Source: Mobula hypostoma (lineage: Eukaryota). From it: a DNA stretch of 64,000 nt. Made by a program: the position numbers and the translations under genes. The DNA lies in the NCBI RefSeq assembly GCF_963921235.1, contig NC_086097.1:240252001-240316000 (forward strand), in the 5' to 3' direction. The notes under the pieces were generated by a model. It was not told the origin of the DNA and did not search any database. It saw nothing but the letters and a program-made list of their open reading frames with translations. This document shows, one piece after another, positions 1 through 12,905 of this stretch. Numbering within the stretch: position 1 is the first letter of the stretch; each line of letters begins with the position of its first letter.

Positions 1-588
1 TGGACTGGCCAGATGGCCAACTCATGCTCTTATTTCTTACGTAAAATAATAACCTCCTGTCATGCACATTTGGGGCATAATGAAATCCTATATTCAAAAA
101 CAGAGTAAAACACAAGACCTCAGCAAATCCTTCATCTCCCACAGTATTCTCTAGCCTGTCACCAAAGGGCGAGGTACCTTGAAGCAGTTGGCAGTTCTTC
201 TATCTGGGAATCTGCAGAAGGAGGAAGAAAAGGGAGCGAGGCCAAGAAAATCATCATTTTTTTACTTTTTGTACATTTGTAACAGCTCCTCAGGGCTGCA
301 GGCCTGCTGGCTGCTGTTTCTGGAGAGCTGCCAGAAGGAAGTGCATTTGGTGGCTGTAAAGTACAAACATGAGCATTTGGTCCCTGCAAGAAATTAGCAG
401 AATTTGGTGATACAGAGAGCTGCTAGAACATCTGCACATGGGCAAGGTTAATATGTGTTAATCTACACTGCATGGAATTCAGCTTTTTAAAAGAACAAGT
501 GATTTAAAATATTACCAGATTTAAACTCGCTGCAGATTTTCCATATCTCCTTTAACTTTTTAAATGAACTTAAAAAAAGATAAGTTTT

Positions 589-2160
589 ATAAGACCGTAA
601 GATAGAGGAGCAGAATTAAGTCATTTGACCCATCGATTCTGTACCACCATTTCATCATGGGTGATCCAATTTTCCTCTCAGCCCCAATCTTCTGCCTTAT
701 CCCTATATCCATTCATTCCCTGACCAGTCAAGATAAGGGACCTAAACCTGCTCACAATACTCCAAGTGAGGCTTCATCAATGCTTTATAAAGTTTCAACA
801 TTACATCCTTGCATTTATATTCTAGTCCTCTCGAAACGAATGTTAATGTTGCATCTGCCTTCCTCACCACAGACTCAATCTGCAAATTAACCTTGTGGGA
901 ATCCTGCACAAGACCCTTTGCAGCTTAGATTTTTGTATTTTCTCTCCATTTAGAAAATAGTCAACCCTTTCATTTCTTCTACCAAGTGCATGACCATAAT
1001 TTCCTGACATTGTGTTCCATCTGCCATTTCTTTGCCCATTCTCCTAATCTGTCTGAGCTTCTGTAGCCTCTATTCTTCCTTAAACTACCAGCTCCTCCAC
1101 CTATCTTCATATTGTCTGCAGACTTTGAAACAAAGCTATCAATTCCATTATCCAAATCATTGACAAGTAACATAAAAAGAATCAGTTCTAACACAGACCC
1201 TTGTGGAACACCACTAGTCACTGGCAGTCAGTCAGATAAAGCTCCCTTTATTCCCACTATTTGCTTCCTGCCAATCAGCCACTGTTTTATCCATGCTAGA
1301 ACCTTTCCTGTAATACCATGGGCTCGTAGCTTGTAAAGCAGCCTCATGCATGCCCTCTTGTCAAAGGCCTTCTGAAAATCCAAATCCATTACTTTAACCA
1401 ATTCACCTTTGTCTATCCTGCTTGCTATTTCTTCAAAGAATTCCAACAGATTTCTCAGGAAAGATTTTCCCTTGAAGAAACCATGCTGACTGTGGTCTAT
1501 TTTATCATGTGGCTGCAAGTACCCTGAAACCTCATCCTTAATAATCAGCTCCAACATCTTCCCAACCGCTGAGATCAGGCTAGCTGTTCTACAGTTTCCT
1601 TTCTTCCACCTCTCTCCCTTCCTGAAGAGTGGAATAAATTCTGCAAATTTGCAGTCTTCCAGAACCATTCCAGAATCTAGTGATTCATGAAAGATCATTA
1701 CAAACACCTCCACGATCTCTTCTGCCACCTCTTTCAGAACTCTGGCATGTTACACCATCTGGTCCAGGTGATTTATCCACCTTCAGACCTTTCAGTTTCC
1801 CAAGAACCTTCTCTCTAGTTATGGTAACTTCACACACTTCATGCCCCCTGACACCTAGAGCTTCCACAATACTGCTAGTGTCTTCCACAGTGAAAACTGA
1901 TGCAAAATACTTGTTCAATTCTTCCACCATTTCTTGTTTCCCATTACTACCTCTCCAGTATTATTTTTTAGCAATCCAATATTCACACTCACCTCCCTTT
2001 TACACTTTAGTTATCTGAAGAAACTTTTGGTATTCTCTTAAATATTATTGGCTAGCTTACTTTCGTATTCCATCTTTGCCTTCTTAATTACTTTTCTAGT
2101 TGCCTTCTGTTGGGTTTTAAAAGCTTCCCTAACTTCTAACTTCTTACTAATTTTTTCTCT
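589..2160 (-). mobile_element. CR1-clade LINE, 3' part of ORF2 (RT) plus 3' UTR, degenerate
   Basis: Minus-strand ORF fragments 1685-1930, 1228-1728 and 979-1221 carry KSPGPDG, QHGF, DLDFQKAFD, SGVPQGSVL and SADN (FADD equivalent); CR1 3' tail at ~589-720. Confidence 0.9.
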
Positions 2161-2162
2161 GT

Positions 2163-2250
2163 TTGCTTTATTTGTCACTTGTACATCTAAACATCAAGAC
2201 AAACAGAGAAATGTGGCATATGTAACATCATTTCCAATGTGTTGCAAATA
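2163..2250 (-). mobile_element. 3' tail half of a V-SINE split by the CR1 insertion (other half 5618-5835)
   Basis: Matches the 3' tail of the intact minus-strand copy at 56275-56595 (gctttatttgtcac...acatc). Confidence 0.6.
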
Positions 2251-2928
2251 GACTTGAATCCTAGGGGGACTAATATACTGCCGGGGAGATTTGCGAGGAC
2301 TACTAAGGTGACTTTAAACTAGAATGGTTGGGGGAGTGGGAATCAAATTAAAGAGACTAGGAGAGAGGAGGTTAGTTCACAACGGGGGATGGGAACAGGT
2401 GCAGAGAGACAGAGGGGTATAAAATGAGGGTAGAAGCAAAAAGTAGGAAGGTGAAAAGTAAAAGCGGCAGGCCAGAAAATCCAGGGCAAAATCAAAAAGG
2501 GACACTTGTCAACATAATTGTATAAGGGCTACGAGTGTTGTAAAAGACAGCCTGAAGGCTTTGTGTGTCAATTCAAGAAGCATTCGTAACAAGGTGGATG
2601 AATTAAAAGTGCAGATTTTTATTAATGAATATGATATAGTTGAGATCACAGAGACATAGCTCCAGGGTGACCAAGGATGGGAGCTCAACATTCAGGGATA
2701 TTCAATATTCAGGAGGGATAGACATGAAAGAAAAGGAGGTGGGGTGGCGTTGCTGGTTAAAGATGAGATTAACGCAATAGAAAGGAAGGACATTAGCCGG
2801 GAGGATGTGGAATCGATATGGGTAGAGCTGCATAACACTAAGGGGCAGAAAACGCTGGTGGGAGTTGTATACAGCCAACTAACAGTAGTAGTGAGGTTGG
2901 GGATGGTATTAAACAGGAAATTAGAAAT

Positions 2929-5518
2929 GTGTGCAATAAAGGAACAGCAGTTATAATGGGTGACTTCAATCTACATATAGATTGGGTGAACGAAATTGGT
3001 AAGTGTGCTGAGGAAGAGGATTTCTTGGAATATATGTGGGATGATTTTTTGAACCAACATGTTGAAGAACCAACTAGAGAGCAGGCTATTCTAGACTGGG
3101 TATTGAGCAATGAGGAAGGGTTAATTAGCAATCTTGTCGTGAGAGGCCCCTTGGATAAGAGTGACCATAATATGGTGGAATTCTTCATTAAGATGGAGAG
3201 TGACATAGTTAATTCAGAAACAAAGGTTCTGAACTTAAAGAAGGGTAACTTTGAAGGTATGAGACGTGAATTAGCTAAGATAGACTGGCAAATGACACTT
3301 AAAGGGTTGACGGTGGATATGCAATGGCAAGCATTTAAAGATCGCATGGATGAACTCCAACAATTGTTCATCCCTGTTTGGCAAAAGAATAAATCAAGGA
3401 AGGTAGTGCACCCGTGGCTGACAAGGGAAATTAGGGATAGTATCAATTCCAAAGAAGAAACACACAAATTAGCCAGAAAAAGTGGCTCACCTGAGGACTG
3501 GGAGAAATTCAGAGTCCAGCAGAGGAAGACAAAGGGCTTAATTAGGAAGGGGGAAAAAGATTATGAGAGAAAACTGGCAGGGAACATAAAAACTGACTGT
3601 AAAAGCTTTTATAGATATGTGAAAAGAAAAAGATTGGTTAAGACAAATGTAGGTCCCCTACAGACAGAAACAGGTGAATTGATTATGGGGAGCAAGGACA
3701 TGGTAGACCAATTGAATAACTACTTTGGTTCTGTCTTCACTAAGGAGGACATAAATAATCTTCTGGAAATAGTAGGGGACAGAGGCTCCTGTGAGATGGA
3801 GGAACTGAGGGAAATACATGTTAGTAGGGAAGTGGTGTTAGGTAAATTGAAGGGATTAAAGGCAGATAAATCCCCAGGGCCAGATGGTCTGCATCCCAGA
3901 GTGCTTAAGGAAGTAGCCCAAGAAATAGTGGATGCCTTAGTGATAATTTTTCAAAACTCTTTAGATTCTGGACTAGTTCCTGAGGATTGGAGGGTGGCTA
4001 ATGTAACCCCACTCTTTAAAAATGGAGGGAGAGAGAAACCAGGGAATTATAGACTGAAAACAACAGGAATTCTGCAGATGCTGGAAATTCAAGCAACACA
4101 CATCAAAGTTGCTGGTGAACGCAGCAGGCCAGGCAGCATCTCTAGGAAGAGGTACAGTCGACGTTTCAGGCCGAGACCCTTCGTTAGGACTAACTGAAGG
4201 AAGAATTATAGACTGGTTAGTCTAACATCGGTGGTGGGGAAAATGCTAGAATCAGTTATCAACGATATGATAACAGCACATTTGGAAAGTGGTGAAATCA
4301 TCGGACAAAGTCAGCATGGATTTGTGAAAGGAAAATCATGTCTGACAAATCTCATAGAATTTTTTGAGGATGTAACTAGTAGAGTGGGTAGGGGAGAACC
4401 AGTGGATGTGGTATATTTGGATTTTCAAAGGGCTTTTGACAAGGTCCCACACAGGAGATTAGTGTGTAAAATTAAAGCACATGGTATTGGGGATAAGGTA
4501 TTGATGTGGATAGAGAATTGGTTGGCAGACAGGAAGCAAAGAGTGGGAATAAATGGGACCTTTTCAGAATGGCAGGCAGTGACTAGTGGGGTACCGCAAG
4601 GCTCAGTGCTGGGACCCCAGTTGTTAACAATATATATTAATGACTTAGATGAGGGAATTAAATGCAGCATCTCCAAGTTTGAGGATGACACGAAGCTGGG
4701 CGGCAGTGTTACTTGTGAGGAGGATGCTAAGAGGATGCAGGGTGACTTGGATAGGTTAGGTGAGTGGGCAAGTTCATGGCAGATGCAATTTAACATGGAT
4801 AAATGTGAGGTTATCCATTTTGGTGGCAAAAACAGGAAAACAGTTTATTATCTGAATGGTGGCCGATTAGGAAAAGGGGAGGTGCAACGAGACCTGGGTG
4901 TCATTATACACCAGTCATTGAAAGTGGGCATGCAGGTACAGCAGGCAGTGAAAAAGGCGAATGGTATGCTGGCATTCATAGCAAGAGGATTCGAGTGCAG
5001 GAGCAGGGAGGTACTACTGCAGTTGTACAAGGCCTTGGTGAAACCACACCTGGAGTATTGTGTGCAGTTTTGGTCCCCTAATCTGAGGAAAGACATCCTT
5101 GCCGTAGATGGAGTACAAAGAAGGTTCACCAGATTGATTCCTGGGATGGCAGGACTTTCATATGATGAAAGACTGGATCGACTAGGCTTATACTCGTTGG
5201 AATTTAGAAGATTGAAGGGGGGATCTTATTGAAACATATAAAATCCTAAAGGGATTGAACAGGCTAGATGCAGGAAGATTGTTCCCGATGTTGGGGAAGT
5301 CCAGAATGAGGGGTCACAGTTTGAGGATAAAGGGGAAGCCTTTTAGGACCGAGATGAGGAAAAACTTCTTCACACAGAGAGTGGTGAATCTGTGGAATTT
5401 TCTGCCACAGGAAACAGTTGAGGCCAGTTCATTGGCTATATTTAAGAGGGAGTTAGATATGGCCCTTGTGGCTAAAGGGATCAGGGGATATGGAGGGAAG
5501 GCTGGTACAGGGTTCTGA
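2929..5518 (+). pseudogene. CR1 ORF2 (APE-RT) pseudogene, segments 2929-4197, 4231-5232 and 5255-5518
   Basis: Upstream stop at ~2657 and frameshift at ~2875; Penelope insertion at 4057-4202; frameshift at ~5220; FADD changed to FEDD. Confidence 0.9.
4057..4202 (-). mobile_element. 146-bp Penelope-like 3' module with hammerhead motif, inserted in CR1 ORF2
   Basis: Perfect 13-bp TSD GAATTATAGACTG (4044-4056, 4203-4215); sequence is the reverse complement of the Penelope 3' end at 23810-23956. Confidence 0.9.
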
Positions 5519-5617
5519 GTTGGATGATCAGCCATGATCGTACTGAACGTTGGTGCAGGCTTGAAGGGCAGAATGGCCTACTCTTGCACTTATTTTCTAT
5601 GTTTCTATGTTTCTATG

Positions 5618-5835
5618 ACCACTAGTGTCACCATATAGCTAACATAGCATGCTGGCAATGTACTTACCCTAACCCATACATCTTTTTGAAATGTGGGAGG
5701 AAATGGGAGCGCCCGGAGTAAATCCAAGCACTCATGTGGAGAACATGGAAAATCCTTGCAGATAGTGGCTGGAACGGAGTCCCAGTCTTCCAATTGGTGG
5801 CACAATAATGCGTTACAGTAATTGCTACTCTACCG
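5618..5835 (-). mobile_element. V-SINE (HE1-like), head and core half
   Basis: Reverse complement of V-core (gtgggaggaaa..ggagcgcccggag..aatcca...ggagaacat). Confidence 0.7.
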
Positions 5836-5871
5836 TGTGTTGTGTCACCACGCTTTTTCCATGTCCTAATT

Positions 5872-7887
5872 TCAGAATCAGGTTGATTGTCACTGGTATG
5901 TGTCATGAAATGTGTTAAACTTAGCAGCAGCAGTTCAATGTAATTTATAATAGAGTGGAAAAAAAATCAATCAATCAATCAAGTACATGATATGTATATT
6001 GAATAGATTAAAATAGTGCAAAAACAGAAACAATACATATTAAATAAGTGAAGTAGTGTTCACAGGTTCAATGTCCATAAGGCCATAAGATTTAGGAGCA
6101 GAAGTATTGAGTCCATCGAGTCTGATCTGCCATTCAATCATGGGCTGATCGACTTCATCCAGTCATCCCCACTCCCCTGCTTTTACCCCATGCCCTTTGA
6201 TGCCCTGGCTAATCAAGAACCTATCTATCTCTGCCTTAAATACACTCAATGACTTGGCCTCCACAGCCTTCGTGACAACAAATTCCACAGATTTACCATC
6301 CTCTGACTAAAGTAATTTCTTCGCATCTCAGTTCTGAAAGGATGTCCTTCAATCCTGAGGTCGTGCCCTCTTGTCCTAGAATCGCCTACCATGGGAAATA
6401 ACTTTGCCACATCTAATCTGTTCAGGCCTTTTAACATTTGGAATGTTTCTGTGAGATCCCCCCTCATTCTCCTGAACTCCAGGGAATACAGTCCAAGAGC
6501 TGCCAGACATTCCTCATACAGTAACCCTCTCATTCCTGGAATCATTCTCATGAATCGTCTCTGAACCCTCTCCAATGTCTGTATATCCTTTATAAAATAA
6601 GGAGCCCAAAACTGCACACAATACTCCAAGTGTGGTCTCACAAGTGCCTTGTGGAGCCCCAACATCGCATCCCGGCTCTTATATTCTATTCCTCTAGAAA
6701 TGAATGCCACATTGCATTTGCCCTCTTCATAACCAACTCAACCTGCAGGTTAACCTTTCGGGTATCTTGCACAAGGACTCCCAAGTCCACTTAGGAATCG
6801 ATGGCAGATGGGAAGAAGCTGTTCCTGAATCGCTGAATGTGTGCCTTCAGGCTTCTGTACCTCCTACCTGATGGTAACAGTGAGAAAAGGGCAGGCTCTG
6901 GGTGCTGGGGGTCCATAAAAATGGATGGTGCCTATCTAAAACACCACTCCTTGAAGATGTCCTGGGTACTTTGTAGGCTAATACACAAGATAGAGCTGAC
7001 TAGATGTATGACCACCTGCAGCTTCTTTCAGTCCTGTGCAGTAGACCCTTCCCCACATCAGACAGTGATGCAGCCTGTCAGAATGCTCTCCACTATGCAT
7101 TTATAGAAGTTTTTGAGTATTTTTGTTGACATACCAAATCTCTTCAAGTTCCTAATGAAATATAGTCGCTGTCTTGCCTTCTTTATAGTTGCATCGATAT
7201 ATTGAGACCAGGTTAGTTCCTCAGAGATCAGGAACTTGAAACTGCTCACTCTCTCCACTTCTGATCCCTCTTTGAGGATTGGTATGTGTTCCTTCATCTT
7301 ATCCTTCCTGCAGTCCACAATCAGCTCTTTTATCTTACTGATATTGAGTGCAAGTTTGTTGCTGCATCACCACTCCATTAGTTGGTATATCTCACTCCTG
7401 TACACACTCTTGTCTCCATGTGAGATTCTACTGACAATAGCAAATTTATCATCAGCAAATTTACAGATGGCATTTGAGCTATGCCGAGCCAAACAGTCAT
7501 ATATAGAGAGTATATAGAGAGTAGAGCAGTGGGCTAAGCACACAACCCTGAGGTGCACTAGTGTTGATCATCAGCGAGGAGGAGATATTATCACTAATCC
7601 GCACAGATTGCGGTCTTCTGGTTAGGAAGTCGATGATCTAGTTGCAGAAGGAGGAATGGAGGCCCAGATTCTGTAACTTATCAATCAGGATTGTGGAATG
7701 ATGGTGATAAATGCTAAGCTATAGTCGATGAACAGCATCCTGACGTAGGTGCTTGTATTGTCTAGGTGGTCTAAGACCATGTGAAGAGCCATTGAGATTG
7801 TGTCTGCTGTTGACCTATAGTGGCAATAGGCAAATTGCAGTGAGTCCAGGTCCTTGCTGAGGCAGGAGTTCAGTCTAGTCATGACCA
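5872..7887 (-). mobile_element. Rex1/Babar-clade LINE fragment (RT and C-terminus), interrupted by CR1 at 6078-6790
   Basis: Minus ORFs with [23 protein letters not shown] and KKARQRLYF; tail tcagaatcagg; similar to 44062-46034. Confidence 0.9.
6078..6790 (-). mobile_element. CR1 3' fragment nested in Rex1
   Basis: ORF 6246-6710 (LVRPHLEYCVQFW, LYSLEFRRMRGDL, RTRGH); host sequence resumes after gtcca. Confidence 0.9.
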
Positions 7888-8260
7888 ACACACACAAAAT
7901 GTTGGAAGAACTCTGCAGGCCAGATGGCATCTATGAAAAAGAGTAAACAGTCGATGTTTCAGGCCGAGACCCTCCACCGGGACTGGAAAGGAAGAGGACA
8001 TCAGTCAGAGGGTGGGGGAAGGGGAGGAAGATGCATAAATTGGTAGGTGATGTAGGTGATTGGTGAAACTGGGAAAGGGGGAGAGTGTGAAGTAAAGAGC
8101 TGAGAAGTTGACTGGTGATAGAAATAAAGGGCTGGAGAAGGGGGAATCTGATAGGAGAGGACAGAAGACCATGGAAGAAAGAAAAGGAGGAGATGAGAAG
8201 AGAGATATGAGGAAGAAACAAGAACAGGGAATGATGAAGGAGAGGAGGAGAAGAGAATAT
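7888..8260 (-). mobile_element. Old Penelope-like 3' module with degenerate hammerhead (~7949-7985)
   Basis: cagtcgatgtttcaggccgagaccctccaccgggactg followed by a purine-rich tract, as in the other copies. Confidence 0.7.
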
Positions 8261-8312
8261 ATCTTATTTCCTTCACTTTTACCAAGCCCCCACTCATGTG
8301 ACTAGTTACCAT

Positions 8313-9291
8313 TGTCACGAGCCCCGTGACAGGAATAAAGAACCAGCAGAGATGGAAAACACTTTGGAGTCCAGTATTGCTATAATCTAATAATATTTAT
8401 TAGTAACTACGCAATACAATAATATAAATGTAGATAAATCAAACAGGTTAGCAATAATTATATATATAAGTAAGTATATCAGCAAGTATGGAAATATATG
8501 TATGAAAAACCAAGCTTCTTTAAGTCTAGGGGTAAAAAGATACAGTCTTACGATGATGAGTAAAGTTCAGTTCAGTTCGTGGTATTGAGTTGAGTAGTGA
8601 TTGAGAGAGAGAGAGGGAGAGATTTGAGTCTTCAGGTGAACTGAGCCGTTGACCTTCTTGTTGTCCTTCAAAATCCTTTAAAAGTCACCGACTGTGACTT
8701 TAACAAAGGGGACTGGTTTTCTGTCATGGAGCTATCCCCCAGGCGAGGGTAGACACATGGACAACTCCCCACCAGTCAACCCTTTTCCTCCTTTCCACTG
8801 CAAGAGCGACGGATCAATCCACCTGATCGATCCTCCAAAACCCACTTTTCCTGCGGGCACAACAATGCTTATTCAGTGTCCAGAACATCTGTCTGAGGTC
8901 TGTATCATCTGACCTCCTATTTTATCTTCCCGTGCTGAGCATCAACTGTCATTCAAATAACTCCTCCTTTCTCTCTCTGTGAAGAAATGCAAGCAGGCAA
9001 AAAGTCCTTGAAGAAGTATCAACAACCTGCCGAAAATCATAACATCAATTGTCCATTTAATAACGCCTTCGGTCACCATTGCAACTTACCAGCTGCTCGG
9101 TGCTGTCTCCAACTCCAACTCAGTAGAAATCCAAAGTTACTTCCAGTGCCTTAAAGTGACAGTCCAACCATTAGTCTTCGTCTCTCCCTCTCTCTCTCTC
9201 TCTCTCTCTTTTACAAACAAGAGGGTGTTAAATAACTCTCTCTCTCTTTTCAAAACAACAGTTCATAGGGGTACTTCAGGATCCCGTCACA
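8313..9291 (-). mobile_element. Solo LTR, 979 bp
   Basis: TG...CA ends (TGTCACG...CGTCACA); 4-bp TSD CCAT at 8309-8312 and 9292-9295; AATAAA on minus strand at ~8396-8401. Confidence 0.8.
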
Positions 9292-9819
9292 CCATAGTGA
9301 ACATAGTAAATGTGCAACACAGAATACAAAACAGAAAGAGAACAGATACATGGCCCCTACACACTGTATAAGTCTCTTTAGTTCACAGAAGTAGGTACTA
9401 ACCATAATGTCAATGTAAACTTCAAATGTAGTTGCACGTGGACTATATCTCTCCATTCCCCGCCTATTCATGCATTTGTCTAAAATTCTTTAAAATGTTG
9501 CCATTGTATGTGTTTCTATCACTTCTAACAATGCATTCCATGCATCTACACACCTCTGAGTAAAAAAAAAGAGTAAATCTCCTTTCAACATTCCCTCAAA
9601 GTGTCAGATCACTCCTCACTCTGAAGCTCCAGAGAGAGCAAACTATGTTTGTTCAACCTTTTCTAATAGCTAATACTCTCTAATCCAGCCAACATCCTCG
9701 TTAACCTGTCCCAACAGGTCTTTACATTTACTGAATTCTTTACTCTTACATTTGACTATGCAAAATGCAGCAATATGCACTTTCCTGGATTAAACTCAAT
9801 CATTGCATTTCCAAATGCA

Positions 9820-10325
9820 AGACCTGCTCACTCTCGCTCGTTGATGGGGAGAGTTTGTTGCCGATTCTCGGGTAGGAGAACTCGTGGGGGCGGTGGGGGG
9901 GGGAAGCAGCACGATGGACATTATCCTCACAAATCAGCAAATTGTTTTGTTATGTCTCCCCTCTCGCTATGAAAGGGTAACGCTTCTCTTTCCCTTGATT
10001 AGAGAGAGAGAGAGAGAGCCTGTGGTTATTGAATCGTTGGGTAAAAGATTAGTTTTTATTGTACTACAGACCATGGTTTTTATTGGGGGCTTTGCTGTTG
10101 CTTGCTTGGTGGGTGGAGGGTGCTGATACTTTTTTTGCAGATGCGGGTGGGCGAGGGTCATTGATGCTTGTGCAGGAGTGGGGGTTTGAGTTCTAGCGTT
10201 TTTACCGTCACTCACTCTTTGGGGCACACTTTTGTTTTCATGGATGTCAGCGAGGAACAAATATTTCAGGATATACATTGCATACATTTCTCTGATATTA
10301 AATGGAACTATTGAACTATAGAACA
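9820..10325 (+). mobile_element. 3' portion of non-autonomous retroelement family B
   Basis: Similar to 25000-25360 (gagagcctgtggt...catttctctga.attaaat). Confidence 0.7.
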
Positions 10326-10327
10326 TA

Positions 10328-10845
10328 AAAGTCTACAAAAAGTGGTCAATATAGCCCAGTCCATCACAAGAATAGCCCTTCCCACAACTGAGCACATCTA
10401 CAGCAAGCACTGCAACAAGAAATCAGCATTGATAATCAAGGACACTAACCATCCAGGCCATGCTCTCTTCTCATTGCTGCCATTGAGAAGAAGGTGCAGC
10501 AGCCTTAAGTGTTACACCACAAGGTTCAGGAATAGTTATTATCCTTTAACCATCAAGCTCCTGAACCAGCATGGATAACTTCATTAACCTCAACACTAAA
10601 CTGACTCCACAACTTATTGACTTGCTGTCAATGAATCTACAACTCTTGTTTTCAATATTATTTATTTATTTTTGTATTTGAACAGTTTGTATTTTGCACA
10701 TTGATTGTTTGTCAGCCTGTCCGTATGAGATCCTATTGTATTTCTTTGTTCTGAGAATGCCTGCAAGAAAATGAATCACAGGGTAGTATATGGTGCATTA
10801 CTGTACACACCTTTGATAATAAAATTACTTTGAACTTTGAACTTA
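10328..10845 (+). mobile_element. Rex1/Babar 3' end
   Basis: IIKDTNHPGHALFSLLP...RFRNSYYP; tail gataataaa...ttgaactttgaact. Confidence 0.85.
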
Positions 10846-11339
10846 ATGTTAACATAAAAAACTTATATTGTCATGCCTGAATAACTGTACTTTTCTCCAG
10901 GATATGAGTCATAATTTTCTTTCATCACAACTGTTTCTCTTCCATTATGCACTTGAAGTCTGAATGAATTAAGCTCAATAATATTCTCAATCTCACATGA
11001 ATTTTTAACTCAGTCGGAGTATAACCTATTGTGAAATGTAATGTTTTTTTATTTTTGAAAATGTACGCATCATTGTTAAACTTGAGCTCTTTTGAAAAAA
11101 ATGTTTTCTTTGTGCTCCTTTAACAATTTCTAGTAACCTCGAGTAGGGTAGTACTGCAGTATTTTAGAGGCATTTTTAAAGATACCTGGAGAGTGAGTGT
11201 TTGGAGGGTTATGGGTTGAACAGGAACTAGCTGGGAGGATGCTGTGGTTGGCATTGACTGGTTGGGCCAAATGGCCCGTTTCCATACTGTATAAGTCTAT
11301 GACTCTCTTAGCCACAACATTTGATGCTGAATGATAGAA

Positions 11340-11752
11340 GAAACAGAGAAAACCTACAACATAATACAGGCCTTTCGGCCCATAAAACTGTGCCAAGCAT
11401 ATACTTACTTTAGAAATTACCTAGGGTTACCCATAGCCCTCTATTTTTCTGAGCTCCATGTACTGGTCCAGGAGTCTTTTAAAAGACCATATCGTATCCG
11501 CCTCCACCACCATCGCCAGCAGCCCATTCCACGCACTCACCACTCTCTGCTTAAAAAACTTACCCCTGATATCTCCCCTGTACCTACTTCCGAGCACCTT
11601 AAAACTGTGCCCTCTCGTGCTAGCCATTTCAGCCCTTGGATAAAGCCTCTGACTATCCACACGATCAGTGCCTCTCATCATCTTATACACCTCTATCAGG
11701 TCACCTCTCATCCTCCGTCGCTCCAAGGGAAAAAGGCTGAGTTCACTCAACC
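11340..11752 (-). mobile_element. CR1 3' fragment
   Basis: ORF 11427-11750 LERRRMRGDLIEVYK...TRGH...QRVV..WN.L. Confidence 0.9.
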
Positions 11753-11810
11753 ATATGATATGATGAGATAAGTGTTTGCTTAGTGCTATGTTTTTTCATC
11801 AAGCACTCAT

Positions 11811-12103
11811 GGGTGGCATAGTAGCGTAGCAGTTAACACAACAGTTGACATTCCCAGCGACCTAGGTTCAATTGCTGCCCCCGCCTGCAAGGAGCTTGTA
11901 TGTTCTCCCCGTGACAATGCAGGTTTCCTCCGGGTGCTCCGGCTGCCTCCCACAGCACAGTCCAAAGACGTACCAGCTAATAGGCTATTTGGCCATTGTA
12001 AATTGTCCCGTGATTAGGGTAGGGTTAAATCGTGGGTTGCTGCACAGCACCACTTGAAGGGCCGAAGGGCCTGTGCTGTACTCTACCTCAATAAATAAAT
12101 AAA
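11811..12103 (+). mobile_element. V-SINE (HE1-like, tRNA-derived) with CR1-type tail
   Basis: A-box-like tagtagcgtagcag, B-box-like ggttcaatt, V-core gttctccccgtg...gtttcctccgggtgctccgg, tail gggccgaagggcctg...(TAAA)n. Confidence 0.85.
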
Positions 12104-12834
12104 TGAATGAAAATAGGACCAGTAGCAAAGGCTAGTCCTTCAGGTAACAATAAAATTAGCATCAGTTCTTCAATAATACTCTTTTATGTTCAAATAACCC
12201 CATTTGTTTCACCTTGGTCTATTTCAAGTTATGAGTCAGTAATATGAAGAGATTATGAATCCTTCCTCAAAATAACCATCATGTAAGAGTTGGAAAACTC
12301 AAGAGACAGAAAGAAATCTTCTTCGTTGTGTATTTAATATTTCAATTATGTTTGAGTAATATTGTAAATATATCGTTTATTTAAGCATTCTTCATTGATT
12401 ACATAATTCATTACGGATTATATGTAAAAGTACATGAATGGCATACATTATTACACCACCACATCATATAAGTGTGTGCTTCATTAAATGTGTTATTCCA
12501 GGCTCCCGTGTTTTTCCTTCAATTAGTTTTTGGAGTTATAAAACATCAAAATTTTGTTATTACTGATCTTGGACTTAAAATTGGCATTTATAGAGAAAAA
12601 TAGTTTGTTTGAAGTATATTATGGGAACTAGACAAAACACTGTTACCTTAGGAAAGAACATCATTCAATTTAGGTGGGAAATTTTAATATCTTTGTTCTT
12701 CAGAATATGTACAGTCTCAAAAAGAGCCATTTCCACTCCCCTCCCCCCACCCCACTACCACCAGTTCACCTTTCCTGGACTATAACATAACTATTATATT
12801 TATACACTAGACTCCTTCCTCTGGAGTCTAGTGT

Positions 12835-12905
12835 ATAAAGTGTAGTTCCACAAGTGTAGGTACATATATATTACCAGGGTGCCTAAGGCTTTTCCACAGT
12901 CTGTA
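12835..12905. mobile_element. Degenerate Tc1/mariner-type mini-MITE
   Basis: gtgcctaaggcttttccacagtctg-TA right end; inverted copy of 13281-13347. Confidence 0.5.

Larger units (their letters stand above)
2251..5617 (+). mobile_element. Near-complete CR1/HER1-like LINE: ORF1 C-terminus, ORF2 (APE endonuclease + RT), 3' UTR, (TTTCTATG)n tail
   Basis: ORF1 end LNPRGTNIL; APE motifs CVNSRSIRNK, ITET, GGGVALLV, MGDFN, SDHN; RT motifs QHGF, YLDFQRAFD, GVPQGSVLGP, KFEDD; tail tttctatg x3 at 5594-5617. Confidence 0.95.

Noticed and set aside
159..450. Possible exon after ttttgtacatttgtaacAG
   Set aside because: All three plus frames hit stops before the only plausible donor; minus ORF unrecognised
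2929..4197. 422-aa ORF as a novel fusion protein
   Set aside because: It is broken CR1 ORF2 reading into an antisense Penelope insert; upstream stop and frameshift are present
11811..11880. tRNA gene
   Set aside because: Degenerate tRNA-derived SINE head continuing into V-core; no cloverleaf
12320..12545. Possible short AT-rich solo LTR
   Set aside because: Termini and TSD could not be defined
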